This document shows positions 25,902 to 32,000 of a stretch of 32,000 nucleotides of DNA, one piece after another. Each line of letters starts with the position of its first letter. Position 1 is the stretch's first letter. The notes beneath the pieces are model-generated. The model searched no databases. It was given only the letters and a program-made list of their open reading frames with translations, and was not told the DNA's origin. Both the position numbers and the translations under genes were made by a program. The stretch comes from an uncultured Lentisphaeria bacterium (GTDB lineage Bacteria; Verrucomicrobiota; Lentisphaeria; JABSQK01; JAJFLO01), in contig OX638337.1 of the NCBI GenBank assembly GCA_951812855.1, positions 1 through 32,000 of the forward strand, read 5' to 3'.

Positions 25902-26051
25902 ATGATCTTATATTATTCTATTAAAAATTTCAGTGCTATGCTGAATATAAGTCGAAGTTATTTTTATAAATGGCGTCGTGGAAACTCGACTGTGCGATAT
26001 TTTCAAAATCAGCAGTTGGCAATACTCAAATCGATAATGGTTTCAGTGTAG
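25902..26051 (+). pseudogene. IS3-family transposase scrap (HTH_21-like N-terminal segment of OrfB), 49 codons
   Basis: MILYYSIKNFSAMLNISRSYFYKWRRGNST...QQLAILKSIMVSV*. The ...SRSxxYxWxxR... motif and the following L..I..I segment are typical of the start of IS3-family OrfB. No catalytic DDE region follows. AGAGGA lies 7 nt upstream of the ATG. Confidence 0.4.
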
Positions 26052-26116
26052 GTTAATTAATATTTTTACAAAATTAGATTGGGTTTCATTAAAATATTCA
26101 CTATTTTCAGGATATA

Positions 26117-26518
26117 ATGTCAAAAAACCGAAAAAAACACTCTAAACAACCCTGTCTTACCGATAAATTTAGTGCTAATCCATTCAGTCAGCTGGATATA
26201 GATTTAACCAATACTACCGGCGATATTGATAATACAGGATCAGAAAAAGGTGTAAACCAGGCATTTGCCCCTGACAGGTCTGCTAAAGAATTGGTGATTC
26301 GTGTAGAGAAAAAAGGAAGACGGGGAAAGACTGTTACGATTCTGGAAGGGTTTGGGGATATGATGACATCCGGTGAAATTCATGAATTAAGCCGGGTATT
26401 GAAACGGGCTCTTGGTATTGGAGGCAGCATTATCAACAACACGATTGAACTTCAAGGGGATAATCGTATAAAATTAGAAGAAGAACTTAGAAAAGCTGAA
26501 GGGAGGAAGAATAAATGA
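26117..26518 (+). CDS. yciH: SUI1/YciH-family translation initiation factor-like protein
   Basis: The C-terminal SUI1 domain reads ELVIRVEKKGRRGKTVTILEGFG...SGEIHELSRVLKRALGIGGSIINNTIELQGDNRIKLEEEL. Confidence 0.8.
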   Translation: MSKNRKKHSKQPCLTDKFSANPFSQLDIDLTNTTGDIDNTGSEKGVNQAFAPDRSAKELVIRVEKKGRRGKTVTILEGFGDMMTSGEIHELSRVLKRALGIGGSIINNTIELQGDNRIKLEEELRKAEGRKNK

Positions 26519-27277
26519 AAAAATTAATCAATAGCGTTCTAAAAAAGATGGATGTTCGGATAGTGCGGAAATCATCCTTTGATAAATTTGTTTCTAATCA
26601 AAATAAATTTAGAGACTACGAGTTTGCTTACTTCATTGATAGGCCATATGTGTCTGAATACTTTGAATATTTGTCTGAATCTAAATCTCAATTAAGGCAA
26701 GATTTATTTGTGCTAAGCGAATTAAGGTTTAAGAGAGATGGATATTTTGTAGAGTTCGGTGCGACCAATGGAATTGATTTAAGTAATAGTCATCTGTTGG
26801 AAACCAGATTTGGTTGGCAGGGAATCTTAGCTGAACCAGCAAGAATTTGGCACAAGGCGTTAAAGAATAATCGAAAAGTTAACAGACTGTGTATGGAAAA
26901 TGTCTGGAGATAAGCTGATATTTAACGAAGTTGGTACCAGCGAGCTGTCGACAATTGATGCTTTTTCCAACGTTGACAGGCACAGTAAGTCTCGTCAGAC
27001 GGGTACAAAATATGAAGTCCAAACTATTTCTCTTGCAGATCTATTGAAAAAATATGATGCACCAAAACAAATTGACTACTTGTCGATAGACACAGAAGGA
27101 AGTGAGTTTGAAATTTTGGAAACATTCGACTTTAACGCATACGATATTAAAGTTATTACATGTGAACATAACTATACGCCGATGAAGCAAAAGCTGTATG
27201 AATTGTTAACTAAGAATGGCTATGAAAGAAAATTTTCCGAATTTTCTTTGTTTGACGATTGGTATGTTAGACGTTGA
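26515..27277 (+). pseudogene. FkbM-family methyltransferase, single frameshift near 26875-26886
   Basis: The first ORF (26515-26913) has QDLFVLSELRFKRDGYFVEFGATNGIDLSNSHLLETRFGWQGILAEPARIWHKALKNNRKV. The family continues in the next frame (open from 26864) as TDCVWKMSGDKLIFNEVGTSELST...IDYLSIDTEGSEFEIL to 27277. The start overlaps the yciH stop in an ATGA overlap. Confidence 0.7.
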
Positions 27278-27410
27278 AGTTGAGCAAACAGTTGTCGCAC
27301 TGATGCACGAGTATAAGCATAAACTCGATACTGAAAAGCCACCACGAATAGCAATCTTGCTGATTTCTTAAATAGACTCTGAATGTATTGTTTATTTTGA
27401 AAGGGGGTGT

Positions 27411-27452
27411 CCGCTATTTATTTTCCGCTATTTATTTTCCGCTATTTATTTA
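27411..27452. repeat. 14-bp tandem repeat x3 (ccgctatttatttt) overlapping the stop codon of the formyltransferase-like gene
   Basis: Copies at 27411-27424, 27425-27438 and 27439-27452. The last copy ends in a instead of t. The third copy contains the TAA (tta on + at 27450-27452). Confidence 0.9.
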
Positions 27453-29184
27453 CGGTACGGTACTTTCGTACTTCTTGAAATCAATTGCCAGCACCCCGTC
27501 CCTAAAAGCCAACGAATGAGTGCCGCATATGTCAGGGAAATATTTCGGCGGGATTTCAATCATCACCTCTTCCTCATAACTGTTCTCATCTAATTTTTTG
27601 ATCTCTGAAACACCCAATGATTCTCCGTAGGAATTAAACCCTTGAACTTGAAAGACTCTAAAAATGCTCTCACCCTCAATTATTAAACCCCCATTTCTTG
27701 CACATTCCGAATTAAAAATAACCGGATTCCCAACATGGGCCACCCAATCATCACTATCTGGCGAATCTGCGTAATAGATATGAAGCTCAGAACCGAAGTC
27801 ATCTGCATCCGATGAGTCAACATTGGTAAGTAACCACCATTTTCCATGAAGTGCGAAAATGACACTGTCTGTGGCTCTAACATTGCTGATCAATGTCTTG
27901 TGGTATGACCACTTTGTTGGAAATTCTTTACATAAATAGAGTCGTATTTCACCAATTTCACCTGTGTCCGGGCACATAAACAACTGGCCATTCCAATTAA
28001 ATAAAAATGGAAAAGACAAATGGAAGGGTTCCTCTAATACAGTCCCAAGCTCGGTGTAGCCGTCACTCGCCAATTCATAACAGGCAATACATCCGCGGTT
28101 CGATTTATAGTCAAAATCTTCTAAAAAACAGAATGACCGATCACCCTCTGTCCATACAAATGGGTCCGCAAGAAATCGATTTGGCGGGTTCCTTATTATC
28201 TTAGAGCGCCACAATACAGAACTTTTCCAATCATCGACAAACTGAAATGCCACTCCCCATCTATCCGCCTTTTTGTGCACGTACCGTTGCAGTATTTTGT
28301 TCGCTACTCCGGGGCCAAGCCGGGCAATCAGATAGTAAATCTGTTGAGACAGGTTTGGCATTCGATAAAGAGGATAAGCATATGGCTTCTTGGCCAGGAT
28401 TTCGGGCAGGTTTCCGCTCTCGCCCAACTTATCAAGAACTCGATGAAGAAATATGTTTGCCTTTTTGTGAAGCTTTGCCTGATTTACTTTAAATAGGTAT
28501 GAAGTAGCAATGCTGCCAGCAAAAAAAACGTCGCCTCCGTCCAATTCTTCTTTAAGTCTTTGAATTACAAAACCTGTACTTCTATTACGATTGAAAACCT
28601 CCCAAAAACCTGAAGGCCCCCCCCTGTTGACATTATTGTTTGCATGGTGAAATGAAAGAATCCCGAATTTGCATAGATCGAGTATTCCGCCACGCAGAAT
28701 TCCACTGCCACATCGTACAAGTACGTCGAAATTCTGTGCTTTAATGGAGTCCAAATCCTTTGGAGTAAATCGGTGGACAAAACCACTTTTCGATACTACC
28801 GGCGTTACTTTGATATGCGGGATATCAATAGACGAAAGAGCGTGTTTTCGATTATGAAACCGCAGGTTATTGTTAGAACGGAGTGCTATCGCTTCGACTT
28901 TACAGATAATTGACCAGGAAATACGGGAGATGAGCATTTTCAACCCATGGTGCCGTAAGCAGTCTAATGCTTTGCCAAATCTACTTTTCCGTTTTGTTTG
29001 GGATGATTGGATGATTGGATGATTGGATGATTGGATGATTGGATGATTGGATGATTGGATGATTGGATGATTGGATGATTAAGGAATGTATGGCATAATT
29101 TGGACTGCCCTTGCTCCTCTCATACAAATTATGGACAATTTCGCTAATCGGACCATCATCAACAATCAGTGCCACTTTGAGCAT
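27450..29184 (-). CDS. formyltransferase-like domain fused to a beta-propeller-like (FxADPF-type) domain; currently split out of frame by the 8-bp repeat
   Basis: An N-terminal 67-aa ORF (29184-28981, MLKVALIVDDGPISEIVHNLYERSKG...) runs into the repeat. The main ORF (28943-27450) carries the formyltransferase core FDVLVRCGSGILRGGILD...GILSFHHANNNVNRGGPSGFWEVFNRNRSTGFVIQRLKEELDGGDV. Its C-terminal part contains NRFLADPFVWTEGDRSFCFLEDFDY, which I recall from the glucosamine inositolphosphorylceramide-transferase-like family. The main ORF frame stays open upstream through the whole repeat. Confidence 0.7.
29001..29080. repeat. perfect octanucleotide tandem repeat, (GGATGATT)x10
   Basis: 80 nt of exact 8-nt periodicity counted directly. 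The flanks break the period on both sides (g at 29000, a at 29081). It lies inside the 5' coding region of the minus-strand gene and translates as cyclic NHPIIQSS in all three frames with no stops. Confidence 0.97.
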
Positions 29185-29901
29185 TTCCCGGTTCCTTTCC
29201 TAAAAAAGTTGTTTGAAGCAAATCTGATGCGTCTTTGGGGGCAAGTTTCGGAAAATCCCAATCGAGCATTTTTCTTTACTTTTGAAAGTTTGAAATAATA
29301 AAACCTACCTTCTGCTTATTTCACTACAATTATTTTAAATTAGTATAAAAAAAGTCAAAATAAATGGACTATGGCTCAGGATTTTATGCTCTGTATATGC
29401 TCTTATCTGTAATTTGTCGGAGAGGACGCTCTTATCTTTAATGGAATGCAAACAGTTGAGTAACTGTGAGACACATATTGTGTAATAATCTAAATCTCTC
29501 TAAAGACTTTAAAACTATGTTTGCAACTTGAAATGCAAGATATGGCGGGACTGCAGTAAAGATCAGGATAGAATATTTAACTGAATTAAACGTGCTGTAA
29601 TAGTAATAAAAAGATTCATTTGAAAATGATGTATGGATTCATGGGGCGGCAAAGGAATTGGGATTTGATTCAGCGAATCAGGGAATTAAACCGGTAGGCA
29701 GCCGGCCGGCTCAATTATTTCGGTTCTTCTTGCTACTATAAAGAATTGCCTGAATCAGTCGGTCTGCCAGCAAGACCGGGTCTACCTCGGGAGCTGCATG
29801 ACTCGTTGGGATTAGGGGAGGGGGAATTAAGCACCGCAAGGCAGCACAGCTGAAGCAGTTAATTTCAACGAACAGGGGCAGTCCTGGAAACCTGTTATCT
29901 G

Positions 29902-31332
29902 TTAATTTACTGCCGGTTTCATTACAAAATAATAATCAAGAATCAATGTATGACGGGCCGGTTCGGGGCCGTCGGCATCCTCGATATCAAAATTCCGCAG
30001 GTTCAATTTAAAATTGCCTGAAATAATCAACCGCGGTTCCAGGTCATGACTGAGAATAGGTTCAATTTGCATGCTCGGGGTTAAGTTAATTGAAATGCCT
30101 TTAAGCGTAAATATTCCCGATACCGTTACTGGTTTCAGTTCACCAAAGGAAAGGGGTTTTCCATCTCCTTGAGTCGATTCAATAACAAATCTTGAATCCG
30201 GATATTTTTTTGTATTTAGAAATATCCGTCCCTGCAGCGCCTTGTCTAAGTCCGGGTCGCCCATTGATAATGATTTGGGATCAATGACAAATTGCCCCCT
30301 AGAGTTATTAATGGTGAGATCAGGATTTAAGGTGAATCGTGCAGATCCCTGTGTGGCAGCTCCTGAATAAATATCCAGGGGGGCTGGAAATCGTATTCTC
30401 AGAATGGGTGGTTGGTCCTGACTGATTTCATCTAAAACCCATTTTTGCGGCAGGGTAATATTTGTAAATTCAGGCATGGTATTGTTTTTCGCCGGTGCAG
30501 GCGGGAGAACAAGTCCGAGGTCTTCCCAGGATACGACAGGAATCGACGTACTGACGGCGTTGAATCCATCACCTGTGTTTGTTGTTTTAATGGTATCGGC
30601 AACGGCTTTTTCCAGTAATTTAGCTGCTTTTTCAAACAATTTTCTGCGTTTTTTCCAGGGACCGGTCAAGGGTGTTTTTTTTAGTTCGTAAACAGGTTCT
30701 TTGCAGTGAAACTGGGAGAATAACGCCAGTGAAAGACAGAGTGTTCCATTGTCAGCATGCCATGGATAAAAATCCATATAAAATCCGCGGTCGGACCGAC
30801 CCAGTTTGCTTTCCTCAACAAACTTAAATTTTCGAAAACTCTTTTTAAGAACGTCTAATGACTCCTTCACAAACTCATCATGGTTATACCCTTTCGGAAT
30901 GGTTCCTGTAACGGGGACAATTTTTATGGGTGACCAGATGCGTGTCCTGCCAAGATTCCAGATTGGGATCGTATTTCGAATGTTTAATTTTTTAGCCTGG
31001 GCAACATACCTGGATGTTTGAATAAAGTTTTTTATTCGTGGAAGCGTGTTCGTTCGCCCCTGGTATATGGATCGGCCGCGATAATTTTGAAAAACGATTA
31101 ACGGTGTGATGGTAATTTCGGCAGGTGCCCCTGTTTCGCTGATATCCAGTACTGACAGTTCGAGAATTCCTTTTGTCGAAAGATCTTTTATTGCATTGAG
31201 CTGTTTGTTGAATTCATTACTGACGGCAGATTTATTATTTTCGACAAATACAATTAATTGATCCTGAGCCGTGAGGTCCGTGGTCTGCAAGACTATCGCG
31301 GTAATAAATATGAAAACAGTGTGTTTTTTCAT
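29902..31332 (-). CDS. secreted protein with a C-terminal YceI-like domain; N-terminal two-thirds of unknown function
   Basis: 476 aa with signal peptide MKKHTVFIFITAIVLQTTDLTAQ. The C-terminal ~140 aa (FLNTKKYPDSRFVIESTQGDG...VTVSGIFTLKGISINL) resemble the YceI fold of the adjacent gene. Confidence 0.55.
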   Translation of the reverse strand: MKKHTVFIFITAIVLQTTDLTAQDQLIVFVENNKSAVSNEFNKQLNAIKDLSTKGILELSVLDISETGAPAEITITPLIVFQNYRGRSIYQGRTNTLPRIKNFIQTSRYVAQAKKLNIRNTIPIWNLGRTRIWSPIKIVPVTGTIPKGYNHDEFVKESLDVLKKSFRKFKFVEESKLGRSDRGFYMDFYPWHADNGTLCLSLALFSQFHCKEPVYELKKTPLTGPWKKRRKLFEKAAKLLEKAVADTIKTTNTGDGFNAVSTSIPVVSWEDLGLVLPPAPAKNNTMPEFTNITLPQKWVLDEISQDQPPILRIRFPAPLDIYSGAATQGSARFTLNPDLTINNSRGQFVIDPKSLSMGDPDLDKALQGRIFLNTKKYPDSRFVIESTQGDGKPLSFGELKPVTVSGIFTLKGISINLTPSMQIEPILSHDLEPRLIISGNFKLNLRNFDIEDADGPEPARHTLILDYYFVMKPAVN

Positions 31333-31334
31333 GT

Positions 31335-31961
31335 TTATTTATCTGGAGAAGCACCCACAATTCCGAAAGTAATATCGATCTTTTCAGCAACAACGGTATT
31401 GTCCATATCCGGTTTGATTTTAAATGCTTTGCGATCAATAGAGAAATTGGTTTGCAGGATAATTAAATCACCGGTCCCCTTATGGTTGCGTGCATTCAAT
31501 TTTGCTTTTTGATAGCTTAGTTTTATAGGAACGGCCATTTTTTTTGTTTTCCCTTTTAATGTAAACTCTCCTTTAGTTACTAAGCTGTATCGAATGTCCG
31601 ATTTCTTTTTAACCTCTGAGATTCCGGTAATTTTATATTCTGCAGTCGGATATTTTTCGACGTCTATCCAATCCTCTCCATGTAAAACCTGAGTCATTCG
31701 TTTATTGGTTGTATGGATTCCGGCTGCTGCTACAATAATTTTTCCACGAGTATCCTGCGGTTTGTCAGGATTGAAGGTGATCTCTCCGGAAATATCAGAA
31801 GCGGTACCTGATATTGGTTCAATATCGGAATAGAGCTGAAATGACATACTGTTGACGCCTTTCGGATCTTTGAAATCATATGATTTCTGTGCATAGGTAC
31901 TAATTGCCAAAATGGTTAACATGAGATTGAATTGGATGAGTTGTTTTTGTTTGACAGTCAT
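31335..31961 (-). CDS. YceI-family periplasmic (polyisoprenoid-binding-like) protein
   Basis: 208 aa with a signal peptide, then the YceI pattern DPKGVNSMSFQLYSDIEPISGTASDISGEITFNP...IHTTNKRMTQVLHGEDWIDVEKYPTAEYKITGI...GEFTLKGKTKKMAVPIKL. Confidence 0.75.
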   Translation of the reverse strand: MTVKQKQLIQFNLMLTILAISTYAQKSYDFKDPKGVNSMSFQLYSDIEPISGTASDISGEITFNPDKPQDTRGKIIVAAAGIHTTNKRMTQVLHGEDWIDVEKYPTAEYKITGISEVKKKSDIRYSLVTKGEFTLKGKTKKMAVPIKLSYQKAKLNARNHKGTGDLIILQTNFSIDRKAFKIKPDMDNTVVAEKIDITFGIVGASPDK

Positions 31962-32000
31962 GATTAATTTTCCTGTTTTTTCGGTTAATTTTATCCCGGG

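Noticed and set aside
29001-29080. Regular short repeats considered as a CRISPR array.
   Set aside because: It is a pure 8-nt microsatellite with no spacers and lies inside a coding region.
29641-29896. GC-rich patch considered as tmRNA, RNase P RNA or SRP RNA.
   Set aside because: I could not find the tRNA-like 3' end, the GGAAAGUCC-type P4 sequence, or the GGAA-tetraloop domain IV motif on either strand.

Overview
This is an AT-rich bacterial chromosomal segment. Its envelope genes are of the Gram-negative type (TolB-like, MreC, YceI-like), but I cannot assign a taxon from sequence alone.

Housekeeping backbone:
- the 3' end of a DEAD-box helicase gene
- a GAF-domain GspE/PilB-family ATPase with no partner secretion or pilus genes nearby
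- mreC
- argB-argD-argF
- a tolB-like gene and frr
- a DUF47/PhoU-like - Pit - CDGSH operon
- ilvB-ilvN, radC and aroK
- a SUI1/YciH-family gene
- two YceI-domain genes
- tRNA-Glu(CUC) and tRNA-Arg(UCG)

About ten loci between these genes are broken or decayed:
- a GT2 glycosyltransferase broken by two tandem duplications
- a multiply disrupted SGNH hydrolase
- remnants of FloA, an IS30-family transposase and an IS3-family transposase
- the C-terminal stub of a sodium:solute symporter
- a half-length bpt
- a frameshifted FkbM methyltransferase

Observations most worth following up:
1. A perfect 10-copy octanucleotide repeat splits a formyltransferase-like glycan-modification gene out of frame. 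This looks like a slipped-strand phase switch.
2. A ~200-bp module occurs twice, each time next to a truncated gene. One copy sits directly upstream of a GC-rich NERD-domain gene beside tRNA-Arg. The other copy carries a G19 tract.
3. A translationally coupled three-gene operon encodes secreted proteins (fimbrial-subunit-like, two-domain chaperone-like, Ca-binding repeat protein) with no usher or ATPase.
4. A stem-closed GC-rich element lies in the leader region of the GAF-GspE gene.

I saw no CRISPR array, no rRNA and no intact transposase or integrase. All calls come from reading the sequence and the ORF translations by eye. No database search was run.
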